Source of the DNA: the human T2T-CHM13v2.0 reference genome, Homo sapiens
Length of the DNA: 64,000 nucleotides
NCBI RefSeq assembly: GCF_009914755.1
Contig: NC_060939.1
Direction: 5' to 3' (one strand)
The notes under the pieces were generated by a model. The model searched no databases, was not told the origin of the DNA, and saw only the letters and a program-made list of their open reading frames with translations. Positions 33,557-50,707 of the stretch are shown piece by piece. Position 1 is the first letter of the stretch. The number at the start of each line of letters is the position of its first letter. A program made the translations under genes and the position numbers.

Positions 33557-35098
33557 TGAGAGGTGACAGCGTGCTGGCAGTCCTCAGAGCCCTTGCTTGC
33601 TCTCGGCACCTCCCCTGCCTAGGCTCCCACTTTGGTGGCATTTGAGGAGCCCTTCAGTCCCCCACTGCACTGTGGGAGCCCCTTTCTGGGGTGGCCAAGG
33701 CCGGAGCCCACTCCCTCAGCTTGCAGGGAGGTGTGGAGGGAGAGGCACGAGCGGGAACCGGGGCTGTGTGCGGCACTTGTGGGCCAGCTGGAGTTCCGGG
33801 TGGGCATGGGCTTGGTGGGCCCCGCACTCGGAGCAGCCAGCCAGCCCTGCTGGCCCCGGGCAGTGGGGGACTTAGCACCCTGGCCAGTGGCTGCGGAGGG
33901 TGTACTGAGTCCCCCAGCAGTGCTGGCCCACCGGCGCTGCGCTCGATTTCTCTTCAGGCCTTGGCTGCCTTCCCACGGGGCAGGGCTCGGGACCTGCAGC
34001 CCCCCATGCCTGAGCCTCCCACCCACTCCATGGGCTCCTGTGCGGCCCGAGCCTCCCCGACGAGCACCACCCCCTGCTCCACGGCGCCCAGTCCCATCGA
34101 CCACCCAAGGGCTGAGGAATGCGAGCGCACGGCGCAGGACTGGCAGGCAGCTCCACCTGCAGCCCCGGTGCGGGATCCACTAGGTGAAGCCAGCTGGGCT
34201 CCTGAGTCTGGTGGGCACGTGGAGAGTCTTTATATCTAGCTCAGGGATTGTAAATACACCAATCAGCACCCTGTGTTTAGCTCAAGGTTTGTGAGTGCAC
34301 CAATCGACACTGTATCTAGCTGCTCTGGTGAGGACGTGGAGAACCTTTATGTCTAGCTCAAGGATTGTAAATACACTAATCGGCACTCTGTATCTAGCTC
34401 AAGGTTTGTAAACACACCAATCAGCACCCTATGTTTAGCTCAAGGTTTGTGAGTGCACCAATCGACACTCTGTATCTAGCTGCTCTGGTGGGGCCTTGGA
34501 GAACCCGTGTGTGGAAACTCTGTATCTAATCTGATGGGGACGTGGAGAACCTTTGTATCTAGCTCAGGGATTGTAAACGCACCAATCAGCGCCCTGACAA
34601 AACAGGCCACTCGCTCTACCAATCAGCAGGATGCGGGTGGGGCCAGATAAGAGAATAAAAGCAGGCTGCCCGAGCCAGCATTGGCAACCCTCTCGGGTCC
34701 CCTTCCACACTGTGGAAGCTTTGTTCTTTCGCTCTTCGCAATAAATCTTGCTACTGCTCACTGTTTGGGTCCACGCTGCTTTTATGAGCTGTAACACTCA
34801 CCATGAAGATCTGCAGCTTCATTCCTGAGCCCAGCGAGACCACGAGCCCACGGGGAGGAACGAACAACTCCAGACGCGCTACCTTAAGAGCTGTAACACT
34901 CACCGCAAAGGTCTGCAGCTTCACTCCTGAGCCAGCGAGACCACGAACCCACCAGAAGGAAGAAACTCCGAACACATCTGAACATCAGAAGGGACAGACT
35001 CCAGACACGCCACCTTAAGAGCTGTAACACTCACTGCGAGGGTCCACGGCTTCATTCTTGAAGTCAGTGAGACCAAGAACCCACCAATTCCAGACACA
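33557..35098 (+). mobile_element. LTR12C solo LTR (ERV9)
   Basis: TGAGAGGTGACAGCGTGCTGGCAG start, CCAATTCCAGACACA end, CCAAT-containing tandem repeats, 4-bp TSD TTTT. Confidence 0.96.
34230..34700 (+). promoter_or_regulatory. LTR12 U3 enhancer repeats and core promoter
   Basis: Repeated TATCTAGCTCAAGG…ACACCAATCAGCAC units (GATA and CCAAT), GGGTGGGG box, AGATAAGAGAATAAAAG TATA-like element at ~34646-34661. Confidence 0.75.
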
Positions 35099-35629
35099 TT
35101 TTCACTGTAGATATCTTTGACTTATTTGGTTAATTCCTAGGTGTTTAACATTTTTATGGCTGTTGTAAGTGGAATTATTCTTTTAAATTTCTTTCTCAGA
35201 TTGTTCACTGTTGGTATATAGAAATGCTACTGATTTTTGTATGCTGCTTTTGTACCACGAAATATTACTGAATTTGTTTACCAGTTCTAATAGGTTTTTG
35301 GTGAGTCTACGTTTTTCCATATATAAGAGCATATCATCCACAAACAAGCATAATGTGACTTCTTTCTTTCCAATTTAGATGTCCTTAATTTCCATCTCTT
35401 GTCTGATTGCTCTAGCTAGGACTTGCAGTAGTATGTTGTATAACGGTGGTGAGAGTGGGCATCCTAGTCATGTTCCAGATCTTAGAGGAGAGGCTTTCAG
35501 TTTTTTGCCATTCAGTAAAATACTAGCTGTGGACCTCTGTCATATATGGCTTTTATTATTTTGAGGCATATTCTATTTATATCCAGTTTTCTGTCTACAT
35601 CCAGTTTTTGTGGGTTTTTATCATAAAGA

Positions 35630-37525
<1,896 letters not shown>

Positions 37526-37539
37526 AAGAAGTAAAAAGT

Positions 37540-38980
37540 AGTATCTATTGTAAGATTGAGCTATTTGATGATTACATGACCTTGAAAACAGCAGTTTTAA
37601 TACAGTGAGTTCATAAAGAAAGTAGAAAATTATTGGAGATGGCAACTATACCCAAGATATTTTTTCTATAAAATGTAACCATAGAAATGAGCTCTTAACT
37701 GGAGAATAAAATCGCATTTAGAGGTTTTGTTTTCATTGATTGTTTTATTTTAAGGTAGAATTAACAGTAATTGTTTGTATACCAACTGGATAATTCCAAC
37801 AAAGGCAAAATAAGAGATAGAGGAGAGGAAGAAGGGGGAAGTGTTGGATCCAAGTAACTAGGCAAGATGGGATGAGTGCACAAGTAAAACAGATGACCTT
37901 TGCTAGAATCTTAGGCAGTTCTCCCAAAGTTGAGGAGAAGTCAGAGTACACAACCTCAGGTGTGGGTAGTCAGTAAACATGGTGGTGGGAATATGTGAAA
38001 GTTCTTTTCTGATTGCTTCTAGTATCTTAATGAAATACCTAGCAAGGTGTTCTCAGCTGAGAGTGTGCATGTTGGATGGCGTTATGAAATAGTCATTCAG
38101 GAGAATGAAGGATTGGCTGGATAGAAAAATAATTTGAAGGCTGGTCAGCATTTAGGGCTCACTTAAGAATAATAATTGTATATTTATAATATTTAAAGGC
38201 ATTTGAGTTTGGGCATAAATTTTAAATAGTGAATTGCCAGAGGAATACTATAAAGTCAGAGAGAAGTGAGATTCAAGGTGAGAGATAATATTGGCTATGG
38301 AATTTAAGTTGAATAAGGAAGAAATTGAGGCTATGAGGATGTCGAGGGATAATGAAAAAGCAGTAGGATTAATGGATTATTGTCTGAAGAGGTCAAAAAA
38401 TGATGGACTTAGGGCAAATTATAAAAAGAAGTGGAATGCTTAAAGTTGAAAGTAGGGAACAGTTTGTTGCTATTGGTAATGAATAAATACCTTGAATATG
38501 AGTGGCTGAGATAAGGTGGAAAACACAATTATTAGAGGAGAGGAGTCTAGGAAGTGCATGTTCAAGGGTCATCTTTGTGGATCCTAAAGTAACCAAATTT
38601 TGTAAAAGAAAAACTTGAAGAAAATAGCAGTTCTCACAGAGATAAAATGTTTAGAGAATAAGGGTGTGGAGAACATTGATAATAGGGGCTGGTAGATACT
38701 AGCAATAATAAGGGTCTGGGATGGTATAGTATAATGCTATGATTCAAGACTGGGGACTTCTGAAGAAGCAGAAGAAAATCTGGTCTAGGACAGATAATGT
38801 TCTGTAAATGGCAATGAAAAACAAGAAATACACCAGCAGATAGTGTGAGGAGTGGAAAAGAATGCAGCCATCACTTGAGAAAGGCTGTAAAGGAAACAAT
38901 TACTTCAAAGCAGGGCAAGGTTTTAGTTAAAGCAAAAATATCATAAAATGAGTTAAGATTATAATAGATTTTGATGGTGA
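37540..38980. mobile_element. Ancient L2 remnant
   Basis: Purine-rich degenerate sequence with L2-like motifs. Confidence 0.45.
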
Positions 38981-39387
38981 CTGATTCTTAATGCTTTTAC
39001 TTCTAAATCAAATTGGTATCCATTGCCTCTAGTAATTCTGTATCAGTTTGCATGAATTCCATTAATCCTGACTGTTAATCTTTTAGCAGCTTCTGGGCTT
39101 CTTTATGTGTTTTTGTTAAATATAATTTCACTGAAGTCCAGAGTGAGTTGTTTGATTTCCCTAGGTGTCAGCAGTCATGTTGAAGTGAAGGCATTTTTTC
39201 TCTCCCCTGTCCCACCAACACAATGGGAATATGGTATAAAAGCAGCCAGGCTAATGGAATGGAGATGAGGCAGTTGAAGGAAGATTTTCGGTTCTCAGTC
39301 CCTACTAGTCTTTTCAGGCTCAAACACAGTGAAGATCAAGCTCAGCCATTCATTTTCTCCTTGTACTCATGGGAGCCAGGGAGATAA

Positions 39388-39928
<541 letters not shown>

Positions 39929-40328
39929 AGTGCTTGGGTTTTAAGCTACCATTTTTCCAAAACCCCCTCTTCCACTGATTTTAGAAAGCATATACATGGC
40001 TTTAACCTCAGGGAAAATATCAAAATAAACCAAACCAGTTGGGGACCATTTTCTTTCTCTCAGAGGTATCTTGTTATGATGCTATTGTCCCAGGCCTATT
40101 TTTCACAGAAGCAAAGTAGATGATGGCATGGCAGTTAATTTTTACCTTCCAGTATGTTTCTATATATATATGTCTATGTATTGAATTTTTTATTTGCCTT
40201 CCAGCCCTACTAGGCCTGCCATCTAGAGAAAGAAAGCTCCAACCACCTCAGCCTGGAGTAACTATGGGAAATACAACTTTGTTTCCCCTCATGCTTTGTA
40301 AACCACCTCTTCCAGTTTGTGTTGTGTT

Positions 40329-40699
40329 GTGTTAGGCCATTCCTGCATTGCTATAAAGCAATACCTGAGACTGGGTAATTTATAAAGAAAAGAGGTTTAA
40401 TTGGCTTATGGTTCTGCAAGCTTTACAGGAGGCATGGTGCTTGCATCTGCTTGGCTTCTAGAGAGGCCTCAGGAAGCTTACAATCATGGTGAAAGGTGCA
40501 TCTCACAGGCTGAAAGCAGGATCAAGAAAGATATGGTTGTGGGGAGGTGCCACTATTAAATAACCAGGTCTTCTGAGAACTCATTATCATGAAGACCGCA
40601 CCAAGTCACCCAGGATCCAAACACCTCCCGCCAGCACTGGGGATTACAATTCAACGTGAGATTTGGGTGGGGAGAAATATCCAGACTATTAATATATCA
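40329..40699 (-). mobile_element. MSTA/MSTB LTR
   Basis: TGTTAGGCCATTCCTGCATTGCTATAAAGCAATACCTGAGACTGGG…. Confidence 0.88.
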
Positions 40700-41709
40700 C
40701 CAGCATTCCAGATTTGTTTCCTCAAAGTCATCTCTGACTGTCAAACAGCTTAAGTCATTGTGTAGGTAACCTCTTTTAGAAGGGGATAACCCTGCCTTGC
40801 AGAATTATTTGCTCAAGCCACCTGGCAATAATTCAGTGTTTCAGGAAACTCACTGGGGCTGTTTGCTGGATCAGAAATCAGCATTATGTCAAAGGGTATT
40901 CCAAAGGCAGTGGGAGAAATGGATGGAGTTCTGAGAGGGTCTGCTGCATGAGCACTCTGGGGACCCATGTCCAGGTGGACAATACTCTTCATGTTGTTAC
41001 ACAGACAAGTATAGATACTTTATTAAGATAGGTTTCTAAGAGTAAAACCTTCAAAGGACTATGTGGAAAGATTTGGGCGGTTTTATGTTATCTTTTGAAT
41101 AGATCCAAAAACAATGTAGTTAGGACAAATGGCTGTCAATGATTTCCAAATTATTTTCACTAATGCATTACCATTACTACAAAAGTGTATATCAAGTCTC
41201 TGAAGGAAGTTAGAGTGAGGCAAAAGGAAGAAATATCAACCAGTGAAGCCCAGTGAAGTGGGCAATCTCCTGCTCCTTTCTAAATGCCAAAAACCTACAC
41301 AATTAATAGTTTTTGTGCAGAGCAACTCCAATAAACATGAAAGGAAAACTTCTCTTACCCACACCAAGCACATGTTTTCCAAGTTGTGATGAGAACTGGT
41401 ACAGCAGACTTCTCAAGATAAGAATGTTTTGAAGGACAAATACAAGCTTATACATCAAAACTACTTAATCTGAGAAAGAACTTGCTGGCATCCAAACCTT
41501 AGGAACTCAGTCCTGCATTGTCACTACCTTTGACAAGGCTTACTGCACTACATGCTGTAAAGGCCTATGGGATGTGGTTATTAGGATTTCATCTGCAGGC
41601 TACCCAGGATGTCATATACCATTGATACTCCAGTGACAATTAACCAATTTATTAATGTGATGTTCCCCTTTACAATTAACCAACCTAGCAGATAGGTTGT
41701 CCATCAGGG

Positions 41710-42022
41710 TTTTTTCTTTTTATTTTCTTTTTTTTTTTTTTTTGAGACAGAGTCTCGCTCTGTCGCCCAGGCTGGAGTGCAGTGGTGCGATCTCGGCCCA
41801 CTGCAAGCTCTGCCTCCCGGGTTCACGCCATTCTCCTGCCTCAGCCTCCTGAGTAGCTGGGACTACAGGCGCCCACGACCACACCCGGCTAATTTTTTGT
41901 GTTTTTAGTAGAGACGCGGTTTTACTGTGTTAGCCAGGATGGTCTCGATCTCCTGACCTTGTGATCCACCCGCCTCAGCCTCCCAAAGTGCTGGGATTAC
42001 AGGCTGAGCCACTGCACCCGGC
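41710..42022 (-). mobile_element. AluY-like
   Basis: Full consensus. Confidence 0.95.
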
Positions 42023-42146
42023 TTTTTTCTTTTTTAGAAGTAATTATAGATTTAAAAATATTAATAGTTACAAAATAGTAGATAAGAGTCCCTGTGTACC
42101 CTTCAACTCACTTCCTATAATGAAAACCTCTTATGTAATCATAGCA

Positions 42147-42897
42147 TAGTCATCCCTCAGTAGCCACTGGGGTTTTGTACAAGCACCCCCATAGACACCA
42201 AAATCCATGGATGTTCAAGTCCCTGACATAAAATGGTTTAGTATTTGCATATAACCTATGCACATCCTTTAAATCGGGAGCCCCCAGCTCCTGGGGCTGT
42301 TGACCACTATTGGTCTGTGGCCTTTTGGGAATCAGGCTGCACAGCAAGAGATGAGTAGTGTGCTCTGTAAATATATTTGTATTTATAATAAATGTAATCT
42401 GTATTTATAATACATGTAATAAATCTGTATGTAAAGCCCCTCCCTATTGCTTGCATGACCACCTGAGCTCCACCTCCTGTCAGATCAGCAGCAGCATTAG
42501 ATTCTTGTAGGAGTGCAAACTCTACTGTGAACTGTGCATGTAAGGGATCTAGTTGCATGCTCCTTATGAGAGTCTAATGCCTGATGATCTGAAGTGGGAC
42601 AGTTTCATACCAAAACCACCCCCGCAGCCCTTACCCCATCTGTGGAAAAATTGTTTCCCAGGAAACCATTCCCTGGTGCCAAAGATGTTGGGGACCACTG
42701 CTTTAAATCATTCTTAGATTACTTATAATACATAATACAATGTAAGTGCTACAGAAATAGTTGCTATTCCGCACTGTTTTTTGCAATTTGTATTTTTATT
42801 GTTGTATTGTTATCTTTATTGGTTTTGTTTTTGAGTATTTTCAATCAGCTGGTTGACTCTGCAGATGCAGAACTGCAGCTATAAAGGACCAACTCTA
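42147..42897. mobile_element. MER2 (Tigger MITE) interrupted by MER1
   Basis: CAAAATCCATGGATGTTCAAGTCCC…GTATTTGCATATAACCTATGCACATCC | TTTAAATCATTCTTAGATTACTTATAATAC. Confidence 0.8.
42275..42700. mobile_element. MER1 (hAT-Charlie MITE)
   Basis: Perfect 8-bp TSD CTTTAAAT at 42267 and 42701; CTCCTGTCAGATCAGCAGCAGCATTAGATTCT core. Confidence 0.9.
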
Positions 42898-43179
42898 CAT
42901 TATCAAAACCACATTACAATTAACTTTACTACAGACCTCACTTGGATTCAGAAGTGTTTTTCTGCACTCTTTTTTATTCTTTGTGTATATGTGTATACTT
43001 CTAAGAAATTTATCACTGGTGTAGATACATATAACCAATAACATAATCAAGATATAGCATTATGCTGTCATCCGAAGAAAGGACCTCATGATATCCCTTT
43101 ATAATCACACTCACCCCACTTCTCTAAGTCCCTGGCTACTGCTGATCTGTTCCCTATTTCTAGAATTTTGTCATGTTGA

Positions 43180-43542
<363 letters not shown>

Positions 43543-44021
43543 CTGAGATTGAATTTTTAAAGTTTAATTCCTTTGAGGTCATTGCAAATCATTCAACAGT
43601 TCATTGCTTTTTTATTACTAAGTACTAGTCCATTGTATGGCTGTACCATGGTTTGTTTAGCCATCCACCTGCTGAAGGACATTTGGGTTGTTTACAGTTT
43701 GGTTGTTAAAAATAAAGCTTCTGTGAAAACTCATGCACAAGTTTTTGCATGAATATCAACTTTTATTTCTCTAGGGGAAGTGGCCATGAGTGCAGTTAGT
43801 GGGTAAACAGCTAAGCACGTTTCTAATTTGTGAAAACAACAACAACAACAACAACAAAAAAACACCAAGCTGTTTTTCAGGGTGGTTGTTCACCATTTTT
43901 GGACGGCACTATTCAGAGACCTGTAAACCTGCACTCTCCTGTGCACTGTTCAGCCTCAAGCGGTGAAAGTAACGTAGCAATTGGGCCAATTACCTCACAG
44001 CTGCTCAATTTATGAACTTAT

Positions 44022-44206
44022 TTCAGCCTCCCCAGTAGCTGGGATTACAGGTGCGTGCCACCATGCCCAGCTAATTTTTGTATTTTTAGTAGAGATGTGG
44101 TTTCACCATACTGGCCAGGCTGGTCTCGAACTCCCGACCTCAGGTGATCCACCCACCTCAGCCTCCCAGAGAGCTGAGATTACAGGCGTGAGCCACTGCA
44201 CCCGGC
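44022..44206 (-). mobile_element. Partial Alu
   Basis: Begins mid right arm, no tail. Confidence 0.9.
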
Positions 44207-45361
44207 GTTAAATGCATTTTTGGCTTCTATTTTCAACTGATGATGGGCATTGTACATTGTAAAGACAATAAATCTTTCCATTAAATTAGTGGGAAAGGAG
44301 CTCAAAACCCAGCCTGGTGATTCATTATTTTAATGACTTCCTGCTTTACTGCAAAACCTCTCTCTTCATTCGGTGTTGGCATTTTGAGCCCCTGTTAAGG
44401 ATATAGGCTCACAATGAAGCTTCTATAAATTTCTGGACCTCTGTCATGCTGGCATGTATGTCATTCTCCTTTAGGAATGATGAGGAGGCTGGCAAGCGGT
44501 TGCTCCAAGGGACGGGGGAATTTTTCAAACCTGAGCCGTCCAAGCTCAGCATGAATTGGAGTGGGCTGCTGACTCAGGCTAGCAGAGGCAGCCAGGAAAT
44601 ATGCAAATCTGCAATCCATTCTGCCAGGTCTGTCCCAGCAGGTGTCACTAAAAGGCAGCCCTGTGTGCTTCTGTCACTGTGACAGCCTTGACAAGGAAGA
44701 TGGAGAGGAATAGAGACCCAGTGCTGAACTCCAAGCAGAGATGGGGCTTTTCTCTCTGCATATTTTCCCTCCCCTCCCAGCCTGCATCACCATTAACATA
44801 TTGATTTATATTTGTATTATGAAACAAAAATGGTTGTAAACAGCTGTTCTTTCCTTTTACACACAATGCTAGCTCCTATTTAGATTCCTAAATGAATAAT
44901 GTCTAAAGAGGTACTTAAACTGACATAAAACGCAGATGATCTTATGACCAAATGCTTAGTGCAAAAACAACAACAACAACAAAAAAACCCCTTCAAATTG
45001 CAAGAGAAGTTCCTCCAAATACAGAGAGGACAAGTATTGTAAGAGGTACCTTAACTAAAATGTGGCAATGTAAGGAGCAGAGCAGGAAGAACCTTTAAGT
45101 CTGAAACTTACAACAAGTCAATTTCATAGTCAGTTTCCGTGGGTCCTTCCACAACAACCTCTGGCATCCATTTTCTCTGCAATGGAGGTAACAACAGTAG
45201 CTATTTCAGAGCAGGAAAAGGCTTAGAGCAGTGCCAGAAGAGGGTCATGGCTATATAAAGTTTAGCTATTTGTATATTGTAACAAAGCTACAGTGTATTT
45301 TTTTTATTGGTAGTCAATAATAAATTTCTTTTGGAAAAGTAGCAGCCTCTTATTTAGTTTC

Positions 45362-47137
45362 TTTTTTTCCTTTCCCTTTTCCTGCCACAGAGTCCCGCTC
45401 TGTCGCCCAGTCTGGAGTGCAGCAGCTCCATTATAGCTCACTGCCACCTCGACCCCGGGCTCAAGCAATCCTTCTACATCAGCCTTCAGAGTAGCTGGGA
45501 CTACCCGCGGGGCCCACCACACCCGGCTAATCTTTGTGGTTTTTGTTTTGTTTTTCCCTTAAGAGACCCTGTTTGGGGCCAGGCGCAGTGGCTCAGGCCT
45601 GCAGTCCCAGCACTTGGGACGCCCAGGCGGGCGGATCACCTGAGGTGAGGAGCTGGAGACCAGCCCGACCAACATGGAGAAACCCCATCTCTACTAAAAA
45701 AAAAATTACAGAATTAGCCGGGCATGGTGGCTCAGGCCTGCAATCCCAACACCCGGGGAGGCCGAGGCTGGCGGATCACCTGAGGTCGGGGGTTAGAAAC
45801 CCTCCTGACCAACATGGAAAAACCCCGTCTGTACCAAAAACAACAACAAAAACAAATACAAAATAGCTGGGCATGGTGGCTCACGCCTGCAATCCCAGCC
45901 ACTCAGGAGGCTGAGGAAGGAGAACCACCTAAACCCGGGAGGTGGATGCCGTGGCGAGCCAAGACCGCGCCACTGCATTCGAGTCTGGGCAACAAGAGCA
46001 AAACTCCACCTCAACAACAACAAAAGCGACCGGGTTTCACCATGTTGCCTAGGCCCGTCTGGAACTCCTAGACTCCAGTGATCCGCCGCGCTGGGCCGTC
46101 CAAAGTCCTGGGATCACAAGCGTGAGCCACCACGCCAGGCCGATCTATTCCTTTCTGACTAATAAATTGGGCCTGGAGTGGTGGCTCACGCCTGCAATTC
46201 CAGCACCCGGGGAGGCGGAGGCGGGCACATCACATGAGGTTGGGAGTCTGAGACCAGCCTGACCAACATGGAGAAAACCCATCTCTACCAAAAAAAAAAA
46301 AAAAAAAAAAAAAAAGTACAAAATTAGCTGGGCATGGTGGCTCAAGCCTGCAATCCCAGCACCCCTAGAGGCTGAGGCGGGCGGATCACCTAAGGTCAGG
46401 AGTTTGGGACTAGCCTGACCAACATGGAGAAACCCCGTCTCTACAAAAGAAAAAAGAAAATTAGCTGGGCATGGTGGCTTATGCCTGCAATCCCAGCCGC
46501 TTGGGAGGCTGAGGCAGGAGAACGACCCAAATCTGGGAGGCGGAGGCCACGGGGAGCCCAGGCCACGCCACTGCACCCTGCCTGGGCAACAAGAGCAAAA
46601 CTCCGCCTCAAAAAAGGAAAAAAAAAAAAAAAAGAAAGAAAGGTTTCACCATGTTGCCCAGGCCGGTCTGGAGCTCCTAGGCTCCAGTGATCACCGCGCT
46701 CTGTCGTCCAAAGTCCTGGGATCACAAGCCTGAGCCTCCATGCCAGGCCGATCTATTCCTTTCTGATTAATAAATTACGCCGGGCGCGGTGGCTCACGCC
46801 TGCATTCCCAGCACCCCGGGAGGCCGAGGTGAGCAGATCACTTGAGGTCGGGAGTTTGAAACCAGCCTGACCAACATGGGGAAAACCCATCTCTACCAAA
46901 AAAAAAAAAAAATTAGCCGGGCATGATGGCTCGTGCCTGCAATCCCAGCCACTCGGGAGGCTGAGGCAGGAGAACCACCCAAACCCGGGAGGCGGAGGCT
47001 GCGGCGAGCCAAGACCACGCCACTGCACTCCAGCCTGGGCAACAAGAGCAAAACTCTGCCCCCCCCTCCCCCCCCCCCACACCCACATCCGAACACACAA
47101 AAGAGAGAGAGACCAGGTTTCACCATGTTACCCAGGG
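45362..47137. repeat. Tandem composite Alu array: [AluSp-like(+) trimer or dimer, AluJ left arm(-), 29-bp spacer] x~3
   Basis: Spacer CGATCTATTCCTTTCTGAYTAATAAATT at 46141 and 46749 (608 bp apart); shared variant bases across units. Confidence 0.92.
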
Positions 47138-47139
47138 CG

Positions 47140-47418
47140 GATGGAGTCTTGCTCTGTCGCCCAGGCTGGAGGGCAGTGGTGCCATCTCGGCTCTTGACAA
47201 CCTCTGCCCCCTGGGTTCAAGCGATTCTCCTGCCTCAGCCTCCCAAGTATCTGGGACTACAGCTGTGTGCCACCATGCTCGGCTAATTTTTTTTTTCTAG
47301 TGGAGATGGGGTTTCGCCACATTGGCAGGGCTGGTCTTGAATTCCCGACCTCAGACAACTCACCCGCCTCAGCCTCCCAAAGTGCTGGGATTACAGGCGT
47401 GAGCCACCACACCCAGCC
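47140..47418 (-). mobile_element. Alu (S-like), tail-less
   Basis: Alu consensus joined directly to the end of the array. Confidence 0.92.
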
Positions 47419-47419
47419 T

Positions 47420-49400
<1,981 letters not shown>

Positions 49401-49468
49401 CATTTCAGAATGGTAATGATGTATTTTTCTATTCCTAATTAATAGTTTAAAAAATCTTTTTATTTCAG

Positions 49469-50310
49469 TCGGGTAAAAGTTCCAGAAATGTGAAGTACAA
49501 AGATTTTTTTGATCCAGTTGAAAGTGATGAAGACATAGCAAGTGATCATGATGATGATCTGGGTTCAAACAAGTGGATGAAATTGCTGAAGAAGCAGCAG
49601 AAGAACTAAGCATTTCTGAAATGTGAGTATTTGAACCATCCTTTACATTGTGAGCTGGAATTGTCCAATCATGTATTGGTACTTGTGGTTTTCACATATG
49701 TTTGTTTTAAGAAGTTAGATTCTCTCCTATCAGATATTCTCAAGATAGCCAGAGGAAAGTCTGTGGATTTAAAGGGACATTAGAGATCATTTAATGAAGA
49801 AAAATATTACTGGCAGTAGCAATCAAACATTTCTTGCCAGGAACCTTGATTTGGTTTTGTACCCCAAAAATCCTGTTATTTTTGTGAGATTGATGGTTTG
49901 TATTATCAATTGATGAATAATTTATTTTCTATATATTGGACACTTTTGTTCTGTTTCTTACATAGCATGTCACTTAAATGATACCTTCTCTTCCGTAATA
50001 CCTGAATGATTTTGGAACTTCTGAGTATTTGGTTGCATTAGGCATATAAAAGAAGAACTTTATTAAGGGAAAATATGTTTCCTTTTGTTTTTCTAATGGA
50101 AAGCAGTATATTTCTTTTTATAAGAGTTTTGGTAGTGTAGGGAGGAAGATGATGACCTGGAAGAAAGTGAAGACAGTAAACAATGTAAAGAAAGCTTGAA
50201 AAGAGTGACCTTCACTTTGCTGGATGATGAGGCAACTGAAGATGCAGGTGTTTTAAATGTAAAGAAAAATTCTGATGAAGTTAAATCCTCTTGAAAAAAG
50301 ACAGGAAAAG
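49469..50310 (+). pseudogene. Unprocessed partial MPHOSPH10 (Mpp10) pseudogene: exons 49469-49622 and 50141-50310
   Basis: SGKSSRNVKYKDFFDPVESDEDI…DEIAEEAAEELSISE and EEDDDLEESEDSKQCKESLKRVTFTLLDDEATEDAGVLNVKKNSDEVKS match MPHOSPH10; AG/GT splice sites kept; a frameshift in each exon. Confidence 0.93.
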
Positions 50311-50389
50311 GTAATTAGGAATTTAAGGAATTTTTAATGTGCTTGACATAACTGTGGAACTCACAGACTACTAACAAATCTTCCCTATC

Positions 50390-50707
<318 letters not shown>

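Noticed and set aside
33597-35018. Several overlapping 70-183 aa ORFs
   Set aside because: All lie inside the GC-rich, stop-poor LTR12C; no protein similarity recognised.
45290-45312. Possible minus-strand AATAAA plus A-run as the 3' end of a retroposed edited transcript
   Set aside because: The run is short and I could not find a matching TSD, so it is not used as support.
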